Assembly (NCBI GenBank): GCA_951406725.2 | Contig: OX597816.1 | Span: 47,182,001-47,246,000, forward strand | Reading direction: 5' to 3' | Source: Octopus vulgaris | Lineage: Eukaryota | DNA: 64,000 nt | Shown here: positions 49,260 to 62,995 of the stretch, one piece after another | Layout: every line of letters begins with the position of its first letter | How positions within the stretch are numbered: position 1 is the first letter of the stretch | Position numbers and translations under genes: made by a program | The notes under the pieces: generated by a model | Database searches by the model: none | The model's input: only the letters and a program-made list of their open reading frames with translations | What the model was told of the DNA's origin: nothing

Positions 49260-49703
49260 CACTCACACACACACATATAAATATCTACATATATCTTTAT
49301 GTATATTTAATTATGTGTATATATGTATATATATATATATTTATGTGTATCTCTTGTACATACACCTGAGTATGGAGAGGTGGGAATGACTGACCAATAA
49401 GACGTGTTATTTTGGTCTATTTCGCTTACACTTTGTCTTCAATTAATGGATGGGAAGTCTGCTATGTATTTGATGACCATTTAAGATTCACTCTGGCACC
49501 ACTGTATCTATAGCAACCTCAGATTATTTTGATGTTACTACGCTGAACCTTAATTAGATTTGAATTAGAGTTATTTTATTCTACCCTTCTACAATTTTCG
49601 ATGTTTGTTAATTGCATATTTGACCGTATCTACTTTCTCTTCTCTAAATTGGAATGTTCTTCTTGTAAACAACACTAGCTGAAATAGAGAAGCTATGTCG
49701 CTG

Positions 49704-49791
49704 GTTGCCTGATGGTGGTGGAATTGTTTAATACTATATAATTTTTTATAACTGCATTGAATAAAGTTCTACTGAAACAGCTGTCGCTAAT
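49704..49791 (+). ncRNA. Degenerate hammerhead ribozyme motif (probable Penelope-like LTR remnant)
   Basis: GUUGC-CUGAUGG-U-GGUGGAAUU...AGUUCUACU-GAAA-CAGCU-GUC-GCUAAU. Palindromic stem III ACAGCUGU; GUC at 49783-49785; A9 replaced by G. Confidence 0.55.
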
Positions 49792-50159
49792 TTAGACATC
49801 ATTTGTGAGTTACTATTTTATACTTAAGTCGATCAGATGATCCACCAGTGAGTTGATTTGTTGGTTATTAATTGGATTTGGAATTTACATACAGTATCCT
49901 GTGAACATTTGATGTCTACAATGTTGTATTATTTAACAGTCAGCTCTAAGCAATTAAACCCAGCTATTTTCTGGTGTCTTACATGTTGATATATATTTAA
50001 ATATATGTTAAGTAAAGCATCAGCAAATAGCTAGGTACAATTACATGGAGCTGGCAGCCAAACACTGCAACATTGTAGGCATCAGATACTTATCAATACT
50101 GTGAGCCTGCTGGCTATATGTGATATCAGTATTTGAAAAGATGCTGATATTCTTAATCA

Positions 50160-50330
50160 GGCACAAGCATTGGCTGTGTGGTAAGAAGCTTGCTTCCCAA
50201 CCACATGGTTTGGGGGTTCGGTCCCACTGTGTGGAAGCTTGGGCAAGTGTCTTCTACTGTAGCCTCATGCTGACCAAAGCCTTGTGAGTGAATTTGGTAG
50301 ACAGAACCTGAAAGAAGCCCTTGTATATAT

Positions 50331-50366
<36 letters not shown>

Positions 50367-50607
50367 CTATGCCTGTCTTTCTCTGTGCCTGTGTTTGTCT
50401 CTCCTCCCACTGTTTGACAACTGGTGCTAGTGTGTTTACCTTCCCATAACTTAGCAGTTCAGCAAAAGAAACTAAAAAACAAATACCAGGCTTTAAAAGA
50501 AAAAAAATATAAACACTGGGGCTGATACGTTTGACTAAAAAATCTCCAAGGCAGTGCCTCTGTGTGGCCGCAGTCTAATGACTGAAACAGGTGAAAAAAA
50601 AAAGATA
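50160..50607 (+). mobile_element. Full-length dominant SINE
   Basis: Head plus 3' CAGTC-TAAT-GACTG stem-loop. Confidence 0.85.
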
Positions 50608-50851
50608 TTATAGCAATGAGATTTGACTGGCATACTGTGACCGGAGACCTCCTATTGATGATTTCCAGTAGAATGAAATCCCAGCTACAACCTATGTGTG
50701 TGATTTATGCACCAAGCACCTATATGAGAGAATCTCTCAAGGCTAATAATGCAGTAGTCAGTGTTCTAACAAGACAGCTGTGTTAAATTGAATGTAAAGA
50801 TTACCTTTTGATATTAATACTGCTTCTTTTGCTAATAATTAATATTCTTGT

Positions 50852-51081
50852 TTCGTTATTGCCCACAAGGGGCTAAACATAGAGGGGACAAACAAGGACA
50901 GACAAAGGGATTAAGTCGATTACATCGACCCCAGTGCATAACTGGTACTTAATTTATCGACCCGAAAGGATGAAAAGCAAAGTTGACCTCGACGGAATTT
51001 GAACTCAGAATGTAACAGCAGATGAAATACCACTAAGCATTTTGCCTGGCGTGCTAATGATTCTGCCAGCTCGCTGCCTTA
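50852..51081 (-). mobile_element. Second SINE family copy
   Basis: Reverse complement of 45385-45613. Confidence 0.85.
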
Positions 51082-51906
51082 ACTAATAATTAATATTGGC
51101 ATGGGTTGAATGGCTTGACTGAAAACTGGTAAGTTGGGTAGCTGCACCTGGTTTCAATCTGATTTGACAAGGTTTCTACAGCTGGATAGCCTTCCTAATG
51201 CCAACCACTCCAAGAGTGTAGTAGGTGGCATGTAAAAAGCACCCACCACACTCTTGGAGTGGTTGGCATTACGAAAAGCATCAAGCTGTAGAAACCATGC
51301 TAAGTCAGATTGAAACCTGGTGCAGCTACCCAGTTTACAAATTTTCAGTCAAACCATCAAACCCATACCAGCATAAAAAATGGATTTTAAATGATGACAA
51401 TGATGTTGATAATGCATACATATATTTTTTACTATATTCCTGCACACCAAACTGTGAAAAGTATGTGTTGTGGGGATCCTGTTTGGAAAAAAATATTTCT
51501 CCCTAAAAACTTTGTGTACAAAAATATATTGAACCAAGCTCCAGAATGACATCAGCAGACTACCCGATACGGTGTTTCAGCATAATTTCACCTCCTCACT
51601 GGTAGACTGCAATTCAGATTTGGAGCAATGTCTAGCTTTTATTCCTTTATAGAAAACAACAAACAATGCATTTGTTTATGCATGGCTGAGATTTGCCAAG
51701 CTGAAATTAATTTAGTATAAACTTTTGAAGTAGTAAGGAGCAAATAAGGATCTGTACATGTCTGTGTGATACGTAGCTTGCTTACCAACCTCATGGTTTC
51801 AGGTTCTGTACCACTGTGTGGCACCTTGTATAAGTGTCTTCTACTATAGCCTTGGGCCGATCAAAGCCTTATGAGTGGATTTAGTAGGTGGAAATTGAAA
51901 GAAGCC

Positions 51907-51943
<37 letters not shown>

Positions 51944-52093
51944 CACAGTGATATATATCACCGTGACTGACCGGACTATCAGATGTTGCTACACATCGCT
52001 GGTCACAATGCGCTTTGCATTGTTTTAGCCTTCAAATGACGCCACCCCGCTCGCGAAGCGAGCAGGCCAATACATATATATATATATATATAC

Positions 52094-52737
52094 ATCAATC
52101 AATATAAGGGTAACAAAAAATTCAAGAAAAATTTTCTGCAACCAGCGGTCAAGTGAGAAAATAGAGATAGTCACAGACTATATAATATATTCAACAAATA
52201 ATTAAGGAATGACCCTGAGAAGGTCGTTCGACTCACTTGAAAAGAGCAGCTAAACTCAAAACCGCAAAAATAGTAGTAATTCTGAAACTAGAGGAGAAAT
52301 AAAAACATTTATCCCTTTCAAACTTTGTACCCTGCAAGGTTTCAACATCTTTCACGCAATCAAATTTAATTAAATTAAATTAAATCCGTTTATGCTTGGC
52401 TTGTCTCGTCAGCAAAGTCGCCAAAAGAGGAGGAAGATATATATACACGAGGCTACACCATCTAAGCCTCGGGTCTATATATCCTAAATTTTCGAATTCA
52501 CCGTAATCACGCCATCTACTCCGCAGCAAATATAAACTGCTGATACAAATTTCAGAATTAGTCAAGAATTCATTAATCAATCAATATAAGGGTAACAAAA
52601 AATTCAAGAAAATTTTCTGCAACCAGCGGTCAAGTGAGAAAATAGAGATAGTCACAGACTATATAATATATTCAACAAATAATTAAGAAATGACCCTGCG
52701 AAGGTCGTTCGACTCACTTGAAAAGAGCAGCTAAACT
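52094..52737. repeat. ~162-bp near-identical direct repeats flanking ~320 bp (partial tandem, pseudo-LTR-like)
   Basis: 52094-52256 and 52576-52737 differ at about three positions. Confidence 0.85.
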
Positions 52738-53898
52738 AGATATAGGTACAGATATGGCTAAGTGGTCGAGAAGATTGATTCCAGCTTGTGGCCCTTAGCT
52801 TTGGTCCCACTGCATGGCACCTTGAACAAGTGTCTTCTATGATAACCCTGGGTCAACCAAAGCCTTGTGAGGCTGTTCATCTCTATTCTTCTGTGAAAAA
52901 CATATCTAGGTATGAGAAAATATCTGTTTGCTTCAAAACAGGTAAGGAATGGTGATGAGAAGGGCAACCAGGTGGAGAAAATCTGCCCCAACAGATTCTG
53001 TCTGACCCATGTAAACATGGAAAAGTGGGTGTTAAATTATGATGTTGATGACGATGATGATGTATGTGTGTGTGTATGTGCGTGTATATACATATGAAAA
53101 TATCTTATAACATATGACAAAGAAAAATGGTGCTTTTCAATTATAAACATCAAATTAAATCAGACACCTTATAAACATGAATTCAATATATGAAAAAACA
53201 AATAAAAAAAACCCCAAAAAACAAAAAAAAAACCCCAAAAAAACCCCAAAAAAAACAAAACAAAAAACAAAAAACAAACAAACCATGGTTCTGTGCACAT
53301 TTTCTTTTTCTGTCTTGGATTTGTGGTTATAAAGAGTTTAATTTAATTTAATGTTTATAACAAAAAATATCTTAACCATTTTACTTTATCATGTGTTACT
53401 AATGCTATAGGTCTTTCAAAATCATAATAGCATTGAGAAATTTCTGATATGAAAACAATGTTTAAGGATGGATAAAAACAAAATATTATCTGAATTAATC
53501 TTTGTACAGTCTAGGGTTTTAAGTGTTTATCAAATTTTGGAAACCTTGTCAGGTTGAGAGAGGTATAAACAATGTGGTAGCCTGTCAAAGCGGTGCTGGC
53601 ATCAGCCATGTCCAAAAGTACCATGCGAACGTGGCCAATGCCAGCACTGCCTTGACTGGCTTCCGTGCTGGTAGCACGTAAAAAGCACCAACCGATCGTG
53701 GTCACTGCCAGCTTCGCCTGGCGCCTGTGCCGGTGGCATGTAAAAAGCACCCACTACACTCATGGAGTGGTTGGTGTTAGGAAGGGCATCCAGCTGTAGA
53801 AACACTGCCAGATCAGACTGGAGCCTGGTGCAGCCTCCTGACTTCCCAGACCCTGGTCGAACTGTCCAACCCGTGCCAGCATGGAAAACAGACGTTAA

Positions 53899-53931
<33 letters not shown>

Positions 53932-55524
53932 TAGGTGTATTGGTAAAAGCATGGTTTTGAGGCTAGCACAGTCATCTGAATTATGACTGATGCATAGTCA
54001 TGTGGGCAGTTTTTTTTGCAATATTTCTTTTGTTATAAATTTGTGTTTATAAAGTGTATAATTTAATTCATGTCAATGTTTATGTCTAGATTGTTAAGAG
54101 GTAGACTTCAAAACCATATGGCTTTGTGGTCAGTCCACGTGTGTGGTACTTTGGGCAAGAATTTTTATGATAACTCCAGACTGACTGAGTGGTAAACAGG
54201 TGAACAAAAACTGAAAGAAACCTACATGCACATGAACATATGTACATGCATACATGCACACGTTCACGCGTGCACACACACACACACACACATTATCATC
54301 ATCATCATCATCATTTAATGTCCACATTTCTTTGCTTGCTTCAGTCAGATGGAATTTATTGAGGCAGATTTTCTGCTTCTGGATGTCCTTGTTGCCAACC
54401 CTCACCTGCTTCCAAGCAAGGTAATATTTCCCCATGGCTAAATATGGCTTTCATGGTATATGTATATGTGCATGTACATGAGTGTGTGTGTGTGTGTGTA
54501 TGTGTTCATACCCCTTTGTCTTGACATTAAATGCCAATTCTAAACGAATGTTACCAGTATCATACAAGCAGTGTTGGTCAATAGGAATCTTCTGTGAAAA
54601 CGTGTCTAGCCATTGGGCTGTTTGTGTTCAAAGGACTAGGAGAAATATTGCCTAACTTGACAAAAGATAAGGGTTTTGTTGTAGTTTAGTAATCAACCAG
54701 ATATTGAGTTGGTAATTTGACAGAGTTGGTAAGAACATTTGACTGAATGTTTTGTGATATTTATTCCAGTTCTCTGTGCACTGAGTTCACATCTTTGCTT
54801 TTCATTCATGGGTGGGGGTCAATAAAAATGTAACAATCCAAAACAGACAATTGACAGAACTGTAAGAATGTCAGACATTCTTACAATTCTAGATACCTTG
54901 TGGTGTTTCTTTGTGGCTCCTTGTGTTCAGTTCATTACACATGGTGAGACATGAGTTCAAATCCCATCATGGCCTACTTGTTTTTGTTTGCTCCTTCTCG
55001 AGCCATACTTGGCTCATAAGGGCCAGTTTCCTGGTTTCCTTGGCATATAGGTTTCCCACCTGAACTTGGGGTGGGTGGGTAAATTTAACATTTTGTCTAG
55101 TTTAATACCACCATCTGGCAACTTGGATGTCTTACGTGGAGCCCAATCTCTTGTAAGATTTCAAACTAGTCTTTGATTTTAGGATACCTAGAATGCCTAC
55201 TTTTTCCTGTTCCCACCAGTATCAGAAGCCCTGTAATGGGTTAGGGTTATGGACACTACCTACTCCCCTCATGAAAAAAATAAGACCTTCCCACCCAAAA
55301 AGAAGATATACAGTTCAAGTATTAACCCCTTAACATCTAAACTGGCCAAAATATTTTACCTGTTTTATGTCTAAACTGTTCAGATCTGACCCCTCATACT
55401 TATCCTACAATGTCATTCTAAAAACAACCTCATCATCAAAGTCTTGAAGCTACAAGATAATGTATGACTAATTCAAAACAATGTGAATATATAAACATTA
55501 CATTTGACAAAATGATCTCAATGC

Positions 55525-56227
55525 AAATGGGTTCAATAATAAAGAAGGCTGAGGGTGTCTTGGCATCACTCACCAAGTCCTTTGTAAGCCACTCTCTGGC
55601 TATCTATCTGCGGCTTTATATAGTTATGGTGCGACCTCACCTGGAATTTGCATCACCGGTCTGGAACCCCTATCTTGCCCAGGATATTAATCTTCTGGAA
55701 GCCGTTCAGCAACGTGCAACCAAGAGAATACCCTCCATCAGGCATTTGCCATATTCTGAACGCCTTACTTCCCTGGGCATGGATACATTGAAACTCCAAC
55801 ATCTAGCAGCTGACTTGGCAGACACCCATAAAATTATCAACCAGCTTACTAACAATAACTCTGAGCACCTTTTCAAACTCCATCTGTCTAACACCCGTGG
55901 ACATGTTTACAAAGTCAGAAAACAGCATAGCTCCCATGACTTTCGGAAACATTTTTTCATGCTAAGAGTTGATGAAGTATGGAACAAACTGCCGGCATCA
56001 GTTGTTAATTGTTGGAGCACTGCATCCTTCAAAACCTCCATGCTTCCTGAGACTCACCAACACTACACCTGATTTTCTCCCCTCCATACACATGCAAGCA
56101 TATATCTGACTCATACACTGTTCACTTTCCAGACATTTGTACATTACTGCATATGCTTTATGCACACTTTTGACAAGTTATGGTGCACCTGAGCACTGTA
56201 TACAATACTTTCATTATTATTATTATA

Positions 56228-56270
<43 letters not shown>
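55525..56270 (+). mobile_element. 5'-truncated CR1-like LINE (ORF2 C-terminus, 3'UTR, (ATT)n tail)
   Basis: LYIVMVRPHLEFASPVWNPY, LEAVQQRATKRIP, TRGH..K, FF..RV..WNKLP; (ATT)n tail at ~56213-56270. Confidence 0.9.
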
Positions 56271-56272
<2 letters not shown>

Positions 56273-57177
56273 TAAATAATGGTAAGAAAAATGACTACAT
56301 GGAGACATTTTTCTTCCAACTCATAAATGCATTCTATAATGATTTTAGATTTTGATGCAAGGTAGCAACTTTGTGGGGTGGCAGCTAGTTGATGATATCA
56401 CCTCCTACTGTTCAATGGGTACTTATTTTATTGACTTAGAAAGGATGAAAGGCAAAGGAGACTTCAGAATTTACGTAATGCTGAAAGAAATGTTGGTATT
56501 TTATCTGGCATGCTAACAAGTTTGCTCACTTGTTGCCTTATTAAATAAGAAATAATGAAAAGGAATATGATTATATGAAAAAGGTTTTTTTTTTTTATCT
56601 TTGCTTTATAAATGCATTCGATAATGCATGTGATAGGAATCTGTAAAGGATGATGGGTGACAAAAAGTAAAGCATAAAAAAAAAAAAAAAAACGAAGAAA
56701 AATATCACTGTGAAATATTTTTAGGAAATATACCAAGCAGAAATAATTAATTCTGTGAATGGAAATATTTTTAGCTTTGCTCTAAAACAATTTTGAGGTT
56801 ACAACCCCAAGAGAGAACATGTCATTCTGACAGCTGAAATCATGAAAATGACCTTGTTGGGTTTCATTCAGCTTCAGTGTAGTCTGAACCATACATGCTC
56901 TTTCACAGCCTTTACACTTACACACACATGCACATGTATGCACGCACGCACTCACACACAAACACACACACACATTGTAGTGGTGTGAAACCTAAGTTGC
57001 AAGACTAACTGCTATTTTCAGTTTTAATAAAGCTATGTGTGTGTATGTAAGACAGTTACAATGAAAATGAAGATTAATACATCTGCAAGTGTTTTTTATT
57101 TTTACCACTTGAAACTGTTAACCATAACTTGGAATATAACTGAGTGCTCAATCAATACCAGCCTGCATACATTATTC

Positions 57178-57246
<69 letters not shown>

Positions 57247-57279
57247 TGTATGTTTCTATATGTATGTATAAAGAGGAAA

Positions 57280-57603
57280 GACCCACTTCAGTCATGAATG
57301 ACCATGGAATTGCACCTAGAAAGTTCTCCTCCGAGGCACAAGTCCAGGTAAGGTTGTTTATGGAAGACCAGCAATCACCCATGCATACCAGCCTCTCCTC
57401 TCCATGCCACCGATGTTACCCAAGGGTAAGTCAGAGGCCGATACAACTTGTCACCACTGATGTCGCAACTCATTTCTACAGCTGAGTGAACTGGAGCAAC
57501 ATGAAATATAGTGTCTTGCTTAGGAATGCATCGTGCAGTCCAGTCCAGGAATTGAACTCACTACCTCATGATTGTGAGCCCAGCACTCTAAACACTGAGC
57601 CAT
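57280..57603 (-). mobile_element. tRNA-derived SINE (fourth family)
   Basis: Minus-strand head tggctcagtgtttagagtgctgggctcacaatcatgaggtagtgagttcaattcc; related copies at ~21100-21290 (-) and ~57945-58140 (+). Confidence 0.7.
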
Positions 57604-58147
57604 GTATAAATATGTATAAAATTGTTAAAGTTATGGTTGGTATATTTTTTTCTCTGAGGGAATTGGTATGTTGGTCAGCCTATCACCATTTTATGCCTGC
57701 CTTCCATGCCAGTATGGGTTTGATGGGTGGTTATTGTTTAAATCAGTTCCAATTCAGAGCCATATCATAAATTGGATTGTGTTGCAAATATACTTTTGGC
57801 ATTGTAGGTAATATCAAATGATATTACATAGATACAATAATCATAATTACGGTATTTTTTTTCAAATTACCCACAACTTATAAAACATTGTGAAATCCTA
57901 ATTTTTGAATAAAAAAATTAAATAAAAATAAGTATAAATAAAGTGATTAGGGTATTGGTTTCATGATTCTAAAGGCCTATATTTGATTCCTGGACTGGGT
58001 GACCTATTGTGGCCTTGAGCAAGGTGTTTCATCTCATGATGCTCCAGTCCACTCAACTGCAAATACCAACTGGATGTTAATATGGTAATGAACTGGCATC
58101 TTTTCAGAAGAAATGGAATAAATGGAATCTTATGGAATCCCATGGAT

Positions 58148-58359
58148 CACTACATCCTTCAAAACTTCCATGCTTCCTGAGATTCACCAACATTACACCT
58201 GATTTTCTCCCCTCCTTAAACACGCAAGTATGTATCTGACTCATACACTGTTCACTTCCCAGGCATTTATGCATTACTGCATATGCTTTATATGCACATT
58301 TGACAAGTTGTGGTGCACCTGAGCACTGTATACAATAATTTCATTATTATTATTATTAT
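58148..58359 (+). mobile_element. Short 3' copy of the same CR1-like family as 55525-56270
   Basis: Matches ~56019-56220 closely and ends in (ATT)n. Confidence 0.88.
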
Positions 58360-58639
58360 AGTCTCAGTTGCTTAAATATCTTTGAAAGTAGTATAATCTC
58401 CAGCCTAATGAACTTACACCAGTTTTTGGTATAAGTACCAACCTATATACTTCACTTCCCCAACTACTTCCTCTCTATAAAGTTTAAGAGAGATCCACAA
58501 AAAGCATTGTCCCCCTATCTGGGAATGAGCTGATGCTATACACTCAGACATTCTGGCCTCATAAAAAGGAAGGACCACCTGACTGCTTGGCATGAAGTTG
58601 CTTACAAACACCACTCTTGATACATACTCTCTTACTTTT

Positions 58640-59020
58640 TACTTTATGTTCTTGCTTGATGGGGTTGGGGGTCATCCTAAGTTAGTGGTCTCAGAGGCAT
58701 CATCATGCCAGCCTCTCTGTATCCTCCAAGATGACATCGAGCCTCTGGAAATCTTCCTTAATCATGTCCAGCCATCTGGTGTAGTGCTTGCCAGAGGGCC
58801 TCTTCCAGTCCACAGCTGCTGCGTCAAACAAGAGTAAGGCCCTGGTAAGATGCTCTGGCAGGAGGCAGAGGACACACCCATATCAACATATGTGGTAGAT
58901 AACTATGGGCTGATGCATGTGCACACACAGTTCTTCGTTGGAGATGTGATGGTATCATCTGATGGTCTTAATGGTTCTAAGGGCTCTGCTTTTGAAGCCA
59001 TTGACTCTGCCAGGGTCTTC
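58640..59020 (-). pseudogene. Degenerate RTE-clade LINE 3' fragment
   Basis: The minus-strand translation KRPSGKHYTRWLDMIKED resembles the RTE R..GRP..RW.D.I..D motif. Confidence 0.55.
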
Positions 59021-59951
59021 GTGAGAAGTCCCTTTTCTGACATCTACGACTACTACAATATCTTCTACTTATTAGAGTGGGCTGGTATCCTACTGACTCC
59101 ACTTCCTACTCACTTGTCTCTCTTCTTCTCATAATATACCTGCTCTTAAGTTCTGTACTATCTCTTAAGTGCAATCCTTTCCCAGAACAACATGTCCCTA
59201 GAATTACCTTCAGGCAGCTACACATGCAAAAGTTTAAACGAAATGGTAAAGGCATCACTTTTGCAGAGGGACAACCTCTTTCTAAATGCCAAATCAAAAC
59301 TAAAAAAATTAAAAAAACATAAAACATGAGGGGAAAATAATCCAGGGAAACATTTGTATACTAAATATAATTATGGTAGGGTCTTACATATGTAATATAG
59401 TGCATTGAAAGTCTTCAATTAACTGAGATTATGAAAGTAATCAGTAGACAAACTTCCAATTACTTGGATTAGTAGTAATTAGGTTTGAGACAGACTTCAA
59501 CTTTAATTATACAAATTAAACAAATTAATGAAATAAACACTAATTTTCAAAATGAAAATATTTATTAGATAAAAATGAAATCAAGTAAGATAAATTTCTA
59601 ATTTGATTATTTGCAATATATATATTATCAAAAACAATAATACAGTCTAACTATTAATTAATTACCAACATTGGCAAAAGTATGTTCCCGACATTACTAA
59701 TCACATGCCAGTATCACAAGCTAGTCAAAGGAGATAAATTCAATAAGGTTAGAGTTACCTCTGTTTGGGAGATAGCTAAACAGAGAGACTGAGCGACAAA
59801 CTGCTAATATTGGGTCATCCCATAAATAATGCTGTTTTTTTTCAATTGCATGAACTAAAAGTCAGGAGGGGATGGGATAAACTACATGCATCAACTTGCT
59901 ATAAAAGCAGGTAGTAATTTTACCTTGTACTTACTTATTCTTAGTGCAAGT

Positions 59952-61835
59952 CTCTTGTCGTGTGAACGTTTTTCCAGTGCTTCCTGTGCCATTTGTTGGA
60001 TTGTTATATTGTTGCAGTGAGTTGCTGTTGTTTTTGCAATTGTTTTTGTTGAAGGACTGTTTATTGCTTCGTTGAAGTGGCTTGTTTTCAATTCCCCCCC
60101 TGCGGGGAAATTATTGTTGAACTGTGCAGCTTTGAGCCAATTCTGTGGGACGTAAGTCCAAATTTTACACTGTTTGGCGTTTTGCCGTAAATTGCATTCT
60201 GTTTAAAAGAAAAACAAAACAATAACAACATCATTGAGTTACCATTGAGTACAATGGATTCGTCAAACAATTTAATTATTGATATGCCTGTTTTTGTAAC
60301 AGGTGAAGAAGAAAAAACACCGGCAGTGTCGCCAAAAGAGGCAGCAGGAAAGAAAGAAAGAGAAATTAACACAGAGATGAATAATTTTAAAAAGTTTATG
60401 ATGATGTTAAAAAAAGGAGTAGCCCCCTCCAACAGAAACAATAGAACAAGTTAATAAGAAAAGAATAATCTATAAAACCTACAACATTGAGAAGAAAAGA
60501 ATTGACAAAACAGAAGAAAAATTTATTGAAAAATGCCTAAAGCTCATATGGTCGGATATAACCTACTTGACAAGAGGAAAACGTTTTGGAATGGTTGAAG
60601 TGAGGTTCACATCAGAGGAGGTGGCCTGGTAGCATTCTTCTGAAACTTTGAGAACTGAGGAGGTGGTTCTTCTTTCCATATATATGGGAAGAAGAACATC
60701 AAAAGTAAAAATTACAAATAGATGCTGCCTGGCTAGTGGCAGCCATAATAATGAATCAGGAAGAAGAAATCACTATTCTCCAGGCCATAGTGGTGGAGGA
60801 AGTGAACTGGAAGGGACAATGCTTGAACATGTTGATTCAGGCAGAGGTCCCTACACTGGAAGAAATTCAAGAGATAATAAATTTTGGCGAGGAGAGGCTG
60901 ATCGTCTTCATAGAAAGCAGGAAGCCAAGATGTTTTAACTGCGGGTTAAAGGGCCATATAAGGTCCGAGTGCCAACCTGCAGAAAAAGTGCAAGAAGAAA
61001 AGGAAGGAGAAGGAGCAGTGACGGTGGAAGCGTCACCTACATCAGCAGAGATGACACCACTACCAGCAAAATCGGAGGAAGAGTGCGACGATAAAGAAAA
61101 AGAGGAGGGGTGGTCGACTGTTTTTTAAAAAAGAAAGAAAAAACATAGACCACCCTTACCAAACTGAAAAAAAGAGTGAAAAATGAAATAGAAAAGGACA
61201 TTAATTACATGGCCATCAAGGCATCAAATAATAGACTGATTAACCGTTTGGCAGCTATTTCATCTGCCAAACAGGTAGAAAAAACATCATCAAAAGACTT
61301 TTGCATCTACAAGATAGGCCGGAAGGATTACGGACGGATTAAGTCCGAATTTTTTTATGACATGGGCCCTCTCAGGATGGGCTACTCTCCATATATCTAT
61401 GAGGGCCTATGTAAAAAAAAAACCCACAAGCCTGAGAGAAAGAAGAAGAGGAAGAAGGTGAATCGAACCACTGATGGGAGGTAAGTCATGTCAAATATTC
61501 ATGTTGGTTGTGTAAATGTGCATGGCCTGGTGTCAAGCTGGAAGAAAGGTCGCTTCCTAAATGACATCAGGTCGCGTAATTTGGATGTTATTGTCGCTAC
61601 AGAAACCTGGTTAAGGGGGCCAAGAGATCTGCTCCCACTGTTGGATGGCTATGAGAGTTTTTTCTTTCCAGGCTGACCTTCTACCAGAAGTGGGGTGTTG
61701 GTCCTGTTAAAAAGAAACCGGGTTCCTAAGAAAAAGTTAATTTTTTCCAATCCAGAAGGTAGGCTGGTTATCATGGACTTGATGTTCAGCTGTGGTAAAG
61801 TTATCAGACTGGTTGCAATTTATGCACCCACAACA
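59952..61835 (+). pseudogene. L1/Tx1-group LINE 5' portion: 5'UTR, disrupted ORF1 with CCHC knuckle, start of APE ORF2
   Basis: CFNCGLKGHIRSEC zinc knuckle. ORF2 begins at 61488 with MSNIHVGCVNVHGL...LDVIVATETWL and continues EGRLVIMD...IRLVAIYAP, then stops abruptly. Confidence 0.85.
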
Positions 61836-61876
61836 ATTAACTGTTTGATTTTAATAGTTAATTTTTCAAAGCTATA

Positions 61877-62715
61877 ATGGAAGTGACAAAGGAACATATT
61901 CGGCATATTTTACTTTAAGAGTTCAATAAAGGCAACAATGCAATGGAAAGTGTGAGGAATATTAATGCAGTATATGGGGATTGGACAATAAGCATCAGCC
62001 AGTGTCAATGGTGGTTTCAGAAATTCCAAGTCAGAAACTACAGCCTAGAAGATGAACCTTGTCATGGAAGATCTGTAGAACTTGACAAGGATGTCCTGCA
62101 AACCTTGGTGGAACAAAATCCCATTGTAACTGTTGAGAAGCTTGGATTTGGTCATTCGACCATTCATTGAAACCTGCATGCCATTGGAAAAGTTAGCAAA
62201 TTGGGTCAATGGGTTTCTCACAAACTTTCCAAGTCTAATCATACACAGAGAGTGAATGTGTGCTCTTCTTTGCTGTCACGTCTCACAAATGAACCTTGTT
62301 TTTGACTGAATAGTGACTGGTGATGAGAAATGGGTTCTCTACAAAAATGTCAAGTGCTGAAGATAGTGGGTAGGGAAAGGAGAAACATTGGCACTCCAGG
62401 CTAAAGAAAATCTTCACCCACATAAGGTGTTGTTATCTGTTTGGTGGGATATGAAAGGTTTAGTCCACTTTGAACTTTTAAACTCAAACCAAATAATAAC
62501 AAAGGAGATCTACTGTGAGCAGCTTGAGTGGCTTAAGTCAACGCTAGAAGAAAAATGACCATCTTTGGTTTCAAGATGAAAGGTGTTCTTCCATCAGGAT
62601 AATGGTCAGCCACATACAATGAGAATGGCATTCAAAAGGCTGGAACAGTTTGAATGGGAAATGATACCCCACCCACCATATTTGCTGGACATTGCCCCAT
62701 CTGATTACCATTTGA
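61877..62715 (+). pseudogene. Mariner transposase pseudogene
   Basis: MEVTKEHIRHILL*EFNKG, WVSHKL (WVPHEL-like), VTGDEKW, HQDN, HPPYLLDIAPSDYHL; multiple stops; C-terminus deleted. Confidence 0.92.
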
Positions 62716-62804
62716 AGAAAAATTTTGTTTATCTTAATTTTGAAAAATAAAAGAAGTATAAAAAAACCCCGCATTAATTATGTGATGACCCAATACATAT
62801 ACAA

Positions 62805-62859
62805 ACATACATACATACATACATACATACATACATACATACATACATACATACGTACA

Positions 62860-62893
<34 letters not shown>

Positions 62894-62995
62894 CATATAT
62901 ACGTACATGCATGCTTGCATGCATGCATACATACATACATACATACATACATACATACATACATACATACATGCATACATACATACATACATATA
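62805..62995. repeat. (CATA)n microsatellite
   Basis: Read directly. Confidence 0.95.

Larger units (their letters stand above)
59810..62793 (+). mobile_element. Mariner element with both TIRs, carrying a nested LINE fragment
   Basis: TA|TTGGGTCATCCCATAAATAATGC...GCATTAATTATGTGATGACCCAA|TA. Confidence 0.88.
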
